Assembly (NCBI GenBank): GCA_044224875.1
Contig: JBGAJQ010000021.1
Coordinates: forward strand, 1-64,000
DNA: 64,000 bases
Reading direction: 5' to 3'
Source of the DNA: Gemmatimonadaceae bacterium
GTDB lineage: Bacteria; Gemmatimonadota; Gemmatimonadetes; Gemmatimonadales; Gemmatimonadaceae
Shown here: positions 18,332-28,960 of the stretch, one piece after another
How positions within the stretch are numbered: position 1 is the first letter of the stretch
How the letters are laid out: every line of letters begins with the position of its first letter
Made by a program: the position numbers and the translations under genes
Notes under the pieces: model-generated
The model's input: the letters and a program-made list of their open reading frames with translations, nothing else
Told to the model about the DNA's origin: nothing
Databases searched by the model: none

Positions 18332-19711
18332 ATGATTCGAATCGACTATACCTACATGATGGCCGGGGCAGTGGCCGGCGGTATCTCGGAGCGTGAGTGG
18401 CAATCCGGCGCCGAGCACTTTCGTCTTGCACATGCTGAGACGCACCGCAAGGCTGCGGCGGGGACCCTCGGCTTCTTCGCCCTGCCAGCGGATCGCGCGT
18501 TGCTGGACCAGAGCCTGCAATACGCTCGCGCGGCGTCTGGGAAGTATGACGACGTCGTCGTGCTGGGTATCGGCGGTTCCGCACTGGGACCGATCGCGCT
18601 GCGGACGGCCCTGCGCCCGTATGCGTGGAACCAGCTGGAGGCCGGCGCGCGTCATGGGTGGCCCCGCCTGCACGTACTCGACAACGTCGACCCGGTCACG
18701 GTGGCGGCGTTGCTCGAGCGCCTAACGCTTTCGCGCACCCTGTTCCTCATCACGTCCAAGTCTGGCGGTACGGCGGAAACGATGGCCCAGTACCTGATCG
18801 TGCGTGGGCGACTGCAGTCGGCGGGGTTGCCGCTCAACAATCATCTGGTGTTCATCACGGACCCGTCCAAGGGAGCGCTGAGGCCCATCGCGCAGCGCGA
18901 GGGAATTCCGGCGCTCGACATTCCACAGAATGTGGGCGGACGATTCTCGGTCTTGTCGCCCGTTGGCGTGCTTCCCGCCGCGCTGATGGGCGTCGACGTC
19001 GAGGCCCTGCTGGCCGGCGCCGAGCAGATGCGCGTGCGATGCCAAGGCGACGAGCTGAGCGGAAACATGGCTGGGCTCTTCGCCACGTTGCAGTGGTTGG
19101 CTGACCTGACGCACGGGCGCCAGATCCACGTGCTGATGCCGTACGCCGATCCCCTGCGGGACATGGCCGCGTGGTTCGTCCAGCTGTGGGCCGAGAGCCT
19201 TGGAAAGGTTCAACCTGGCGGAGCCCATGTCGGTCCCACGCCGGTGCCCGCGCTCGGTGCTACCGACCAGCACGCACAGGTGCAACTGTTCATGGAGGGA
19301 CCGGCCAACAAGACCGTGACGTTCCTGGCGGTGCGGGACGGTGCGACCGACCTGGCCATTCCGGCGCTGCACGCGGAGGTCAGCGACCTGGCGTATCTTG
19401 GGGGGCACTCGCTGGGCGAGCTCTTGGCGGCCGAGCAGCGCGCCACGGCCGGTGCGCTGGCCGCCAGGGGACGTTACAACATGACCATTGAGATCGATCA
19501 CGTGGATGCATGGCACCTCGGCGGATTGATCATGTTGCTGGAAATCGCCACGGCGTACGCGGGCGAGTTGTATGGTGTGGATGCGTTCGATCAACCTGGT
19601 GTGGAGTTAGGCAAGCGATTCACGTACGGCATCATGGGACGCCCCGGTTACGAAGGGGCGAGAACCGAGTGGGACGCGCTCCCGGCGAGCGATCCCCGTT
19701 ATCGACTGTAA
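18332..19711 (+). CDS. pgi: Glucose-6-phosphate isomerase
   Basis: GIGGSALG, SKSGGTAET, VGGRFSVLS, QLWAESLGK, GATDQH, FDQPGVELGK. Confidence 0.95.
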   Translation: MIRIDYTYMMAGAVAGGISEREWQSGAEHFRLAHAETHRKAAAGTLGFFALPADRALLDQSLQYARAASGKYDDVVVLGIGGSALGPIALRTALRPYAWNQLEAGARHGWPRLHVLDNVDPVTVAALLERLTLSRTLFLITSKSGGTAETMAQYLIVRGRLQSAGLPLNNHLVFITDPSKGALRPIAQREGIPALDIPQNVGGRFSVLSPVGVLPAALMGVDVEALLAGAEQMRVRCQGDELSGNMAGLFATLQWLADLTHGRQIHVLMPYADPLRDMAAWFVQLWAESLGKVQPGGAHVGPTPVPALGATDQHAQVQLFMEGPANKTVTFLAVRDGATDLAIPALHAEVSDLAYLGGHSLGELLAAEQRATAGALAARGRYNMTIEIDHVDAWHLGGLIMLLEIATAYAGELYGVDAFDQPGVELGKRFTYGIMGRPGYEGARTEWDALPASDPRYRL

Positions 19712-19734
19712 CGGTCACACGAACGAGGCACAGC

Positions 19735-21165
19735 ATGACGGACACAGCGGCGATTCCTGCGCACGGCGCCTTTGGCGCGAGTGTGGTGCGCTCCGGGACC
19801 AGCAGCATCACCGTGGTCAACGATGCGGTCCTGGCGACGGACAAGATGGATGCGGTGGTACGTGACGCCGTGTTCGGCGACCAGCCTACACGCGACTACG
19901 CGCGCTGGCTGATTTGGGAGATCGCCCAACAGGTCGGCGTACGTCCCTCATCCATCCATGACTTATACATGGCGCGCGGGCGCGGCGAGTGCCACGGCTT
20001 CACGGTCCCCGCCATGAACGTGCGTGGCGCGTCGTACGACACCGCGCGCTCGATTTTTCGCGTGGCGAACCAGCTGCAAGCGGGCGCGTTCCTGCTGGAG
20101 ATCGCACGCTCCGAGATCGCGTACACCGAGCAGCGTCCGGCGGAGTACGTCACGGTGATGCTGGCGGCGGCACTGCGCGAGGGATTCCGGGGTCCGATCT
20201 TCATTCAAGGCGACCACTTTCAGGTCAACGCCAAGAAGTTCGCCGCCGATCCGGTTGCGGAGGTCAATAATGTGCGACAGCTGGCGTTGGAGGCGATCGA
20301 TGCCGGCTTCTACAACATCGACGTCGATACGTCGACCCTCGTCGAACTCTCTCACGGAACGCTTACCGAGCAGCAGCGAAAGAACTACGAGACCTGTGTA
20401 GAGATCACGCAGTACATCCGGAGTCTCGAGCCAAAGGGAATCACGATTTCAGTTGGTGGTGAGATCGGCGAGGTCGGAACGGAAAACAGCACCGTTGCCG
20501 AACTCGAGGCCTTCATGGACGGCTTCAACGGCACCGCCAAGCAACGTGTGCCGGGAATGACCGGGCTGTCGAAGATCTCCGTTCAATCCGGAACGTCGCA
20601 CGGTGGCGTGGTGTTGGCCGACGGTTCCATCGCCGACGTGAAGCTCGACTTCAAGACACTCGAAGACCTCTCGCGCGTGTCACGCGACAAGTACGGGCTC
20701 TCCGGTGCAGTCCAGCATGGAGCGTCCACGCTGCCCGACGCGGCGTTCCATAACTTCCCGCGCACCGAGACGGCCGAGATTCACCTGGCGACGAACTTCC
20801 AGAACATGCTGTACGACTATCTGCCAGCGGCGCTTCGGGACGAGATTTACGCCTGGCTGCGCGAGAACGCCAAGGACGAGCGAAAGGCAACAGACTCCGA
20901 CGAGCAGTTCTTCTACAAGACGCGCAAGAAGGCGCTTGGACCGTTCAAGCGGAAACTGTGGGACCTGAGCGCCGACGTGAAGGCGAAGCTGGCGGCGGCC
21001 TACGACGCGAAGTTCACCTTCCTGTTCAACCAGCTCGGTATCGGCGGAACAAAGGCGATCGTGAAGAAGACGGTGCATGCGATGGTCATTCATCGACCCA
21101 TGCCAGGCACCGATGGACACGTGGCGATCAGTGCCGCGCCTGACGACGCGACGTTGAGCGACTGA
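19735..21165 (+). CDS. fba: Class II fructose-bisphosphate aldolase, long N-terminally extended type
   Basis: VPAMN, QGDH, GGEIGEVG, GTSHG, VQHGAS, EIHLATNFQN; glycolytic neighbours. Start at ATG 19735. Confidence 0.8.
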   Translation: MTDTAAIPAHGAFGASVVRSGTSSITVVNDAVLATDKMDAVVRDAVFGDQPTRDYARWLIWEIAQQVGVRPSSIHDLYMARGRGECHGFTVPAMNVRGASYDTARSIFRVANQLQAGAFLLEIARSEIAYTEQRPAEYVTVMLAAALREGFRGPIFIQGDHFQVNAKKFAADPVAEVNNVRQLALEAIDAGFYNIDVDTSTLVELSHGTLTEQQRKNYETCVEITQYIRSLEPKGITISVGGEIGEVGTENSTVAELEAFMDGFNGTAKQRVPGMTGLSKISVQSGTSHGGVVLADGSIADVKLDFKTLEDLSRVSRDKYGLSGAVQHGASTLPDAAFHNFPRTETAEIHLATNFQNMLYDYLPAALRDEIYAWLRENAKDERKATDSDEQFFYKTRKKALGPFKRKLWDLSADVKAKLAAAYDAKFTFLFNQLGIGGTKAIVKKTVHAMVIHRPMPGTDGHVAISAAPDDATLSD

Positions 21166-21172
21166 TCCGGCG

Positions 21173-22189
21173 GTGACCGATCGCGGAGAGGAACGCGTCC
21201 GCACCGGCGAGCACCGGGCGGCCCCGCCTCAGCGTGGCGAGCGGGTGTGGCACTATGTGCTGCACCCGCGCGATTTTCTCGGCGCGTTAGGCGACTACAT
21301 CCGGCGTGTTTGGGTGCAGAGCAGCGAGGACAACGTGTTCTTCCTTGCCGGCGGCGTGGCCTTCAACATCCTGCTCGCCGCCGTGCCGTTCGTCCTCCTC
21401 ATCGTGTCGGGGCTCGCGTCCGTGCTCAACCGCCGCGTCGTGTTTGCCTCGGCGGAAGTGTGGTCGTTCCTGCAGCGCCTGTTGCCGCCCATGAGCGACG
21501 TGACTGCGCAATCCCTGCACGACCTGCTCGATTCCATCCTGAAGACCCGCGGATCGTTGGGGATCTGGTCGGCGATCGGCTTCATCTGGTTCACAACCCG
21601 GCTCTTTGGCTCGCTGCGCACCGTGCTCGCCGAAGTGTTCGACATCGAGCACGAGCGCGGCATCATCCTTGGAAAGCTCTTCGACCTACGCATCACGATC
21701 GTCGCCACATTCCTGCTCGTCTCGTACTTCGTCATGTCGGTGTACCTCGCGCTCGCTCGCACACGCGGAGCGGCGCTGCTCGAGGCAGTGGGCCTGCAGC
21801 AGGATGTGCTCAGTCGATTCGAATACTGGTTCGGACGCGCCATCGCCTTTGTATTCGTGGTGACGGCCTTCTATGCCGTCTATCGCTACCTGCCGAACCG
21901 CAAGATTCGCGTTCAGCAGGCCTTCGTCGGCGCCATGTCCACCGCGGTACTGTTCGAGATCGCACGCAACGCGTACACGATCATCACGCAGCGATTTGAT
22001 CCCGGATCGCTGTACACGGGCACGCTGTACGCCGTCATTTCCATCGTGTTCTGGGTGTACTACGCTGCCCTGGTGTTCATCATTGGTGGCGAGGTGGCTC
22101 AGGTCAACGAACTGCGTCGCCAACTGCGGGTTCAGCGCGAGACGTTTGACCAGCCAGCGCATCCGCGAGCGGCATCTCGAACGGCGTGA
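21173..22189 (+). CDS. YihY/BrkB family inner-membrane protein
   Basis: AGGVAFNILLAAVP, YRYLPN, LFE, LYTG, WVYY...GGE; several TM helices. Confidence 0.9.
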   Translation: MTDRGEERVRTGEHRAAPPQRGERVWHYVLHPRDFLGALGDYIRRVWVQSSEDNVFFLAGGVAFNILLAAVPFVLLIVSGLASVLNRRVVFASAEVWSFLQRLLPPMSDVTAQSLHDLLDSILKTRGSLGIWSAIGFIWFTTRLFGSLRTVLAEVFDIEHERGIILGKLFDLRITIVATFLLVSYFVMSVYLALARTRGAALLEAVGLQQDVLSRFEYWFGRAIAFVFVVTAFYAVYRYLPNRKIRVQQAFVGAMSTAVLFEIARNAYTIITQRFDPGSLYTGTLYAVISIVFWVYYAALVFIIGGEVAQVNELRRQLRVQRETFDQPAHPRAASRTA

Positions 22190-22338
22190 CGCAGCCAGGC
22201 GGCCGACGATCCCGGGCCCGCAACGGCCGACGTCTGGATGTTCGCTCAATCCACAGTTCGGGCCTCGGCAGCGCCGGTTGGCCTCCCCACTCAGACAAAT
22301 CTGTGGACGGAGAGCGACGTGGTCGCGACATTAGTCGC

Positions 22339-23409
22339 ATGAAGATCGACATCCGCTCAGATACCGTTACCAAGCCGTCGCCGGGGATGCGACGGGCCAT
22401 CGCCGAGGCCGAAGTCGGCGACGACGTCCTCGACGGAGACCCCACCACGCGACGTCTAGAGGCACGCGTGGCGGAACTCCTGGGAAAGGAACAGGCCCTG
22501 TTTTTCCCCAGCGGCACGATGGCGAACCAGTCGGCGATCTGGGCGTTGAGCGAGCCCGGAACGGAAATCCTCGCGGACGCAAATTCACACATCGTGGATC
22601 GCGAGATGGCCGGCGCTGCGGCGCTGTCCGGCGTTCAGGTCCGGGTGGTGAACGGCGAAGGGCCAATGATGGACGCCGGCTTGCTGGAGCGGGCGTTCCG
22701 TGCACCGTCGCGTTTTCTCCCCAAACCGTCGCTTGTATGCATGGAGAACACGCATAACAGCGCGGGTGGGCTGGTCACGCCGTTGTTGGGACTGGAGGCG
22801 ATGAGTCAGGTCGCACGTCGTCATGGGTGCAACGTTCACCTGGATGGGGCGCGACTCTGGAACGCGGCGGTCGCCGCTGGAACTTCGCTCGCGAGTTTTG
22901 CCGCTACGGCCGACACGGTGATGGTGTCCTTCTCCAAGGGATTGGGTGCGCCGGTTGGCGGTGCGCTGGCCGGCCCCGAGGAGGTGATGTCCCGTGTGCG
23001 AGTGGCGCGAACTCGGTTTGGGGGAGGACTCAGGCAGTCCGGCGTGCTGGCGGCGGCGGCGCTTTACGGGCTCGAGCACAACATCGAACGGCTGGCGGAG
23101 GATCATGATAAGGCGGCGGTGTTCGCGCAGATCGTCGACCGGGCCATTGCCGCGTCCGTCGAGCCACCGGTGACGAACATCGTGATGGTGGACCTCGTGC
23201 CTGGCCTCGCGGCGGCGGACATTGTTAGGCGCGCCGAGGAAGCCGGTGTGCTCGTTTCCCTGTGGACCCCATCGCGCGTCCGGTGCGTGATGCACCTGGA
23301 CGTGTCGCTGGACGACGTGCGCAAGGCGGGAGAGGCCCTGCGCACCGCGCTGGATGAGGCGTGGCGTTCCATGGGCGACACGTCCGAGTGGCCGACGCAG
23401 GTGCCATAG
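22339..23409 (+). CDS. ltaE: Low-specificity L-threonine aldolase
   Basis: DIRSDTVT, VGDDV, PSGTMAN, ENTHN, HLDGARLWNA, SKGLGAPVG. Start at ATG 22339. Confidence 0.9.
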   Translation: MKIDIRSDTVTKPSPGMRRAIAEAEVGDDVLDGDPTTRRLEARVAELLGKEQALFFPSGTMANQSAIWALSEPGTEILADANSHIVDREMAGAAALSGVQVRVVNGEGPMMDAGLLERAFRAPSRFLPKPSLVCMENTHNSAGGLVTPLLGLEAMSQVARRHGCNVHLDGARLWNAAVAAGTSLASFAATADTVMVSFSKGLGAPVGGALAGPEEVMSRVRVARTRFGGGLRQSGVLAAAALYGLEHNIERLAEDHDKAAVFAQIVDRAIAASVEPPVTNIVMVDLVPGLAAADIVRRAEEAGVLVSLWTPSRVRCVMHLDVSLDDVRKAGEALRTALDEAWRSMGDTSEWPTQVP

Positions 23410-24666
23410 TCAAGACGACAGCGCGCCAAGCCGGCGTTCGATCAACCGCCGTTCGGCAGGGTGCGTCGTGAGCTCCAACGCTCGCCGGTACGAGATCTCG
23501 GCGTCTGCCGTCCGACCGCTCCGTCGCAACAGGTCGGCCCGCGCGGCATGCGCGAGTTGGTAGCCTTGCAGGACCTCGTCGGCGAGCAACGCATCGATCA
23601 GGACCAGTCCTGACTCTGGCCCGTCGCGCATGGCCACGGCTACCGCTCGGTTCAACGCCACGATCGGCGACGGTTCGGCCACCAGCAACAAGTCATACAA
23701 CATCACGATCTGCGTCCAGTCCGTAGCTGCCGCGCTCGCCGCCTCGGCGTGAACCGCGGCGATCGCTGCCTGGAGCGCATAGGACCCCACCGGATGGGAC
23801 GCGAGGGCGCGCTCGACCAGGGCGACGCCTTCAACGATTTGATCGCGGTGCCACCTCGTCCGATCCTGAGCCTCGAGCAACACGATCTCACCCTGATCAT
23901 CCGTCCGTGCGTCGCGACGCGAGTCGTGGAGCAACACCAAGGCCAGCAACCCCAGGGCTTCCGGCTCCGGAAGCAGTTCCACGAGCAGGCGGGCCAACCG
24001 GATTGCCTCGCGCGAGAGGTCGCCCCGCATCACCGTGTCACCTAACGATGGAGCATAGCCTTCCGTGAACACCAGGTAGATGACGCGAAGCACGGCATCC
24101 AGTCGTTCCGGCAGCTCCGACCGGGCGGGCACCTGGTAGGGGATGCCGGCGTCGCGAATCTTGGCCTTCGCGCGGACGATGCGCTGCGCCAACGTTGGTG
24201 CCGGCGTCAGGAACACCCGTGCGATTTCCTCCGTTGCCAGCCCGCACACCGTGCGCAGCGTCAACGCGATCTGCGCGTCGAGCGACAGCGCGGGGTGGCA
24301 GCACGTGAAGATCAGGCGCAACCGGTCATCGACCAACCCGTCTTCATTCATCTCCAGCTCGGATGCGTCGGTGCTCTCCTGGCCAAGGATTCCGCGGGCA
24401 ACCGCTCGATCGAACCGCCCGCGTTGCCGCGACCGATCCAATGCCTTGAACCGACCAACGGACACCAGCCACGCCCGTGGATTGGCCGGGATGCCTTCGG
24501 CTGGCCATCGCTCAACCGCTGTCACGAACGCGTCGTGCAGTGCCTCCTCGGCAGCATCGAAATCACCAAGAAGGCGGATGAGCGTGGCCAGCACGCGACG
24601 CGACTCCGAACGGTAGAGCGCATCGACCAACCGCTGAAACTCGTTAGGATCGTCCACCAACGTCAT
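23410..24666 (-). CDS. ECF sigma factor with C-terminal TPR extension (ECF42-type)
   Basis: DDRLRLIFTCCHPAL, QRIVRAKAKIR, IYLVFTEGY, QDRTRW, YALQAAIAAVH, ALNRAVA; lies downstream of a DGPF gene. Confidence 0.92.
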   Translation of the reverse strand: MTLVDDPNEFQRLVDALYRSESRRVLATLIRLLGDFDAAEEALHDAFVTAVERWPAEGIPANPRAWLVSVGRFKALDRSRQRGRFDRAVARGILGQESTDASELEMNEDGLVDDRLRLIFTCCHPALSLDAQIALTLRTVCGLATEEIARVFLTPAPTLAQRIVRAKAKIRDAGIPYQVPARSELPERLDAVLRVIYLVFTEGYAPSLGDTVMRGDLSREAIRLARLLVELLPEPEALGLLALVLLHDSRRDARTDDQGEIVLLEAQDRTRWHRDQIVEGVALVERALASHPVGSYALQAAIAAVHAEAASAAATDWTQIVMLYDLLLVAEPSPIVALNRAVAVAMRDGPESGLVLIDALLADEVLQGYQLAHAARADLLRRSGRTADAEISYRRALELTTHPAERRLIERRLGALSS

Positions 24667-24689
24667 GTCGGCGCTCGATCGTGGACACG

Positions 24690-25037
24690 CTACATCGCCT
24701 GAATGGGCCGGACTTCAATGGAACCGTTGCGCGCCGAGGGAATTCGAGAGGCGACTTGGATGGCGTCGTTCAGGTCCTTGGCCTCGATGAGGTAGTATCC
24801 GCCGAGTTGCTCGCGGGTCTCGGCGAACGGGCCGTCCGTCGTCGACAACTTGCCATTCCGCACGCGTACCGTGGTGGCCGTGTTCGTCGGCTGTAACGGA
24901 TTGCCGTTCAGATAGTGGCCGCTCTTCCTGATGTCCTCCGTGAACGTGTAGTACTCGGCCATCATCGCGTCCGATTCCGACTTCGCCATGCGCGGCCACA
25001 TGGACTCGTCATCGTAGATCAGGCACAGGTATTTCAT
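24690..25037 (-). CDS. YciI/DGPF-family protein
   Basis: MKYLCLIY...TTDGPFAETREQLGGYYLI...IEVRP. Start at ATG 25037. Confidence 0.92.
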   Translation of the reverse strand: MKYLCLIYDDESMWPRMAKSESDAMMAEYYTFTEDIRKSGHYLNGNPLQPTNTATTVRVRNGKLSTTDGPFAETREQLGGYYLIEAKDLNDAIQVASRIPSARNGSIEVRPIQAM

Positions 25038-25079
25038 TGTATCCTCCGATAGGTTGAGAATTAACGTCGGTGAGGAGTA

Positions 25080-25106
25080 GTCGTCCAAGTCGCGATGAAA
25101 TCGACA
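25080..25106 (-). promoter_or_regulatory. Putative ECF42-type promoter
   Basis: The minus strand reads TGTCGA-N17-CGAC upstream of the DGPF/ECF pair, resembling the ECF42 -35 TGTCGA / -10 CG(A/T)C pattern. Confidence 0.6.
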
Positions 25107-25192
25107 CCCGGCGATAGAATCCTTTCAAAGTTTTTCCGGGTCTAACCGCGTGTCCGTGACCTGTCGTTGAGGCGACCAAGGCCTATCCAGCC

Positions 25193-28100
25193 ATGAGCAT
25201 GCCCCTGACTGCCGCCCGTTCTCCGGTACTCCGCTGGCTCTCGGTCCTTGTGTTTGGCGCGCTCGCCGCTGCGCGCGTGGACGCCCAGACCGTCGACGTC
25301 ATCCGCGGCAGGGTCATGGGTCCCGAGAACCAGCCTGTGGAGGGTGTCAACGTCACCGTGACCACTCTCTCCGGCGCGGTGAGCCGGTCGGCACGCACCG
25401 ACCGCAATGGCCGGTTCATGGTGACGTTTCCCGGCGGCGACGGAGACTACTTCGTGAGTTTTCAGGCGCTTGGTTATGCGCCGCGGCGGTACGAGATCAA
25501 GCGGGTGGCGGACGAGGACATCCTGGTTGCCGATGCGCGCCTGACGAGGGCGGCGGCCCAGCTCGGAGAGGTCCGAGTGGTGGCGCCGCGCGACCGACCA
25601 AACCGCAACGACGCCAACCAGGACGTGAGCGGTACGGAGCGAAACGTGAATCCGTCGGCGCTCGCCGCGAACCAGGTTGGAGACCTGGCGGCGATGGCGG
25701 CGTCCGTCCCCGGCGTGCTGTTCGTTCCGGGGCAGGACGGAGACCCCTCTGGCTTCTCGGTTTTTGGCCTGAGCTCGGATCAGAACTCGACCACACTCAA
25801 CGGACAGGAATTCAGCGGGAGCGATCTGCCGCGCGACGCAGCGATTTCGGCGTCGCTCGTCACGTCTCCTTATGACGTATCGCGCGGCGGCTTTAGTGGC
25901 GGAAACTTCAACATTCGGACGCGCTCGGGCACGAACTTCATTCAGCGCACCAACAGCCTGAACGTTGACTCACCGCACCTGCAATGGACCGATGCGGCGG
26001 CGTCGGCCTTGGGACAGCAGTATTCGAACCTGTCCCTAGGCGGTTTGTTGTCCGGCCCCATCAAGTACAATCAGGCGTTCTACTCTGTGGCCTACCAGCT
26101 GGGACGGCGTGCCAACGACTTGCAGACGCTGCTGAACACCAGCCCTGTCGGGTTGCAGACGACGGGCATTGCCCCGGATTCGGCGGCGAGGTTGTTGGAC
26201 ATCTTGGGCAACCTGGGCATCCCAACGACCGTTGGAGGATTGCCATCGGATCGGCTCACAGACCAAGGCACGTTCATCAGCAGCGTAGACCTCGCCCCGC
26301 CGTCGTCGCGGGCCGGATCGGCGTACAGCCTTACGATGAATGGATCGTGGAACCGGTTGAATCCGGTGTCTGGACAGATCACGGAGATTCCGGCGCATAG
26401 TGGCGACCGGCTCAATTTCAACGGCGGCTTGCAGGCGCGGCATTCGACGTACTTTGGCTTCGGGGCGTTGAGCGAGACCGCAGTCAGCGTCAGCGGCTCG
26501 CGGAGTCATTCCAATCCCTTCTTGTCGATGCCGAGTGGGACCGTGCGGATCAATTCCGTATTCGAGGACGGGACGAGCGCGGTGAAGACGGTGTCCTTTG
26601 GCGGCAGTCCGTCGCTCAACAGCACGAACTCCACGTTCAACGTTGCACTCAACAACCAGCTGTCCTGGTTTTCGGAGAACAACAAGCACCGCATCAAGCT
26701 GTCCACGGAGGTGCGTCGGGACGCCTACGGCATCGACCAACAGGTGAACACGTTAGGCTCCTTCACGTTCAATTCGCTGGCCGACCTGGACGCTGGGCGG
26801 GCGGGGGCCTATGCCAGGCAGTTGCAACCGAGGCAACGCAACGCGGATGAGATTGTGGGTGGTATTGCGCTCGGGGATTCGTATCGCCCCGTCTCCAGCC
26901 TGCAGCTGCAGTATGGTGTGCGTGTGGACGGCAACGTCTTCCCCAAGGCGCCGGCGCGAAATCCCCAGGTCGATGAGCTCTTCGGCGTGCGCAACGACGT
27001 CGTTCCCAACGGCGTGTACGTCAGTCCGCGCGTTGGGTTTTCATGGACATATGGGCAGGCGGCGCAAATCGGCGGGTTCGAGGGGGCGTTTCGGGGTCCG
27101 CGGGCCGTGGTGCGGGGTGGCGTCGGCGTCTTCCAAGGCACTCCGGGGACCCAACTGACCGGTGCGGCCATCGATAACACCGGATTACCCGGAAGCTTGC
27201 AGCAGGTGAATTGCACCGGGATCGCCGTGCCGCTGCCGGAGTGGTCCCAGTACCTGGCCAGTCAGTCATCGATTCCCGCGGAGTGCGCCGATGGGACGCT
27301 CGGCACCGTGTTCGCCAGCTCTGCGCCTAACGTCACGTTGTTCGACGAGGGCTATCGCGCACCGCGGAGCCTTCGCTCCAACCTGCAGTGGAGCGGGCCG
27401 ATTCTGGCCAACCGCTTCTCCGCCCAGCTAGAAGGGACGGTCTCCTTCAATCGGCAGCAGCAAGGCTTTGTGGACCTGAATTTCCAACCGACGGAGCGGT
27501 TCCGGCTCACGAACGAGGGGGATCGCGCGGTGTTTGTCGCGCCAACGAGCATTGACCCGGCGACTGGCCTGGTGGCGGCGCGCGATGCCCGAGTGTCGCA
27601 GCTGTTCAATCGAGTCACTGAGCAGCGGTCCGACCTCCGCTCGTTGAGTCGGCAATTCCGTGTCTCCCTCTCTCCCGCGACCTTCAACTCGTCGCACTCG
27701 TGGAGCCTGTCGTACGTCTACTCCGCGGTGCGGGACCGGAATCGCGGCTTCAGCTCCAACACGGTGGGGAATCCATTCGCCTTTGAATGGGCGCGTTCGG
27801 CCTTCGACTCGCGTCATCAGATCCAGTACTCGGTCTTCTACAACCTCTTTGACCTCATTCGGGTGAACTGGAATGGCAGCATCCGATCGGGGACGCCCTT
27901 TACACCCCTGATTTCCGGCGACGTCAACGGCGACGGCTACGCCAACGATCGGGCGTTCGTCTTCAATCCGGCGTCCACGTCGGACGCGGCTCTGTCGCAA
28001 GCCATGCAGTCGCTGCTTGCCGGTGCGGCAGGGAATGTCCAGCGCTGCCTGCGCGACCAGCTTGGGCACTTGGCGGCACGTAACAGCTGCAACGGGCCGT

Positions 28101-28960
28101 GGACGCAGTCTGCCAACCTCTCGCTGTCGTTCAACCCGCTCAAGGTGCGAATGCCCCAGCGAGCCACCCTCTCGTTCTCGGTGACGAACCCGCTAGGGGC
28201 GGCGGACCTGATGCTGCACGGCGGCAATGACCTGCGGGGCTGGGGCCAGTCGCCAATCCCGGACCAGACGTTGCTGTTTGTGCGTGGGTTCGATCGGAGC
28301 AGCAACACGTACCGCTACGATGTGAACCAGCGGTTTGGTGCCACCAATCCCCAGTTCAGCGCATCCCGCACCCCCGTCACGATCACCGCCTTGATGCGGT
28401 TCGACGTCGGGCCGACCCGCGAGCGCCAGGCGCTGACGCAGCAGTTGAACCTCGGACGCCGGACGGATGGTAACAAGCTGCCCGAAGGGGTCATCAAGGC
28501 CATCTACGGAACGGGGGGGCTCATCAACCCACTCGCCACCATCCTGCGCCAATCCGACACCTTGAAGCTGACGGTGCCACAAGCGGACTCACTGGCGACA
28601 CTCAATCGCTGGTACCTGATTCGCACCGACTCGATCTGGTCGCCGATTGCCCGCTACCTGGCCACCTTGCCCGACAGCTACGACGCGAGCGATGCGTACG
28701 ATCGATACGTGCACGGCCGGCGGGCCACCGTGGACCTGCTGCGCACCCTGGCCCCCGCGGTCCGCGGTCTCCTGAGCGAAGAGCAGCGCCGGCGACTGCC
28801 CGCGCTGGTGGCCAGCTACCTGGATCCGCGGTATCTCGTCGCCATTCGGTCCGGCACCGCCGGGGCCGGTGGGGGCGGGCTCTTCGCGGGCGGCGGGGGC
28901 GGACCAGTCGCCATTCCCGAAGGACGCGGCGGTGGTCAGGCCATTACCATCATTCGGTGA
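25193..28960 (+). CDS. Oar-like / TonB-dependent-receptor-like outer-membrane protein with a C-terminal helical extension
   Basis: Signal peptide, carboxypeptidase-regulatory-like N-domain, plug (NSTTLNG, YDVSRGGFSGG..TRSGTN), barrel motifs (LSGPI, SPRVGFSW, RGGVGVF, GDVNGDGYANDR). Confidence 0.8.
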   Translation: MSMPLTAARSPVLRWLSVLVFGALAAARVDAQTVDVIRGRVMGPENQPVEGVNVTVTTLSGAVSRSARTDRNGRFMVTFPGGDGDYFVSFQALGYAPRRYEIKRVADEDILVADARLTRAAAQLGEVRVVAPRDRPNRNDANQDVSGTERNVNPSALAANQVGDLAAMAASVPGVLFVPGQDGDPSGFSVFGLSSDQNSTTLNGQEFSGSDLPRDAAISASLVTSPYDVSRGGFSGGNFNIRTRSGTNFIQRTNSLNVDSPHLQWTDAAASALGQQYSNLSLGGLLSGPIKYNQAFYSVAYQLGRRANDLQTLLNTSPVGLQTTGIAPDSAARLLDILGNLGIPTTVGGLPSDRLTDQGTFISSVDLAPPSSRAGSAYSLTMNGSWNRLNPVSGQITEIPAHSGDRLNFNGGLQARHSTYFGFGALSETAVSVSGSRSHSNPFLSMPSGTVRINSVFEDGTSAVKTVSFGGSPSLNSTNSTFNVALNNQLSWFSENNKHRIKLSTEVRRDAYGIDQQVNTLGSFTFNSLADLDAGRAGAYARQLQPRQRNADEIVGGIALGDSYRPVSSLQLQYGVRVDGNVFPKAPARNPQVDELFGVRNDVVPNGVYVSPRVGFSWTYGQAAQIGGFEGAFRGPRAVVRGGVGVFQGTPGTQLTGAAIDNTGLPGSLQQVNCTGIAVPLPEWSQYLASQSSIPAECADGTLGTVFASSAPNVTLFDEGYRAPRSLRSNLQWSGPILANRFSAQLEGTVSFNRQQQGFVDLNFQPTERFRLTNEGDRAVFVAPTSIDPATGLVAARDARVSQLFNRVTEQRSDLRSLSRQFRVSLSPATFNSSHSWSLSYVYSAVRDRNRGFSSNTVGNPFAFEWARSAFDSRHQIQYSVFYNLFDLIRVNWNGSIRSGTPFTPLISGDVNGDGYANDRAFVFNPASTSDAALSQAMQSLLAGAAGNVQRCLRDQLGHLAARNSCNGPWTQSANLSLSFNPLKVRMPQRATLSFSVTNPLGAADLMLHGGNDLRGWGQSPIPDQTLLFVRGFDRSSNTYRYDVNQRFGATNPQFSASRTPVTITALMRFDVGPTRERQALTQQLNLGRRTDGNKLPEGVIKAIYGTGGLINPLATILRQSDTLKLTVPQADSLATLNRWYLIRTDSIWSPIARYLATLPDSYDASDAYDRYVHGRRATVDLLRTLAPAVRGLLSEEQRRRLPALVASYLDPRYLVAIRSGTAGAGGGGLFAGGGGGPVAIPEGRGGGQAITIIR

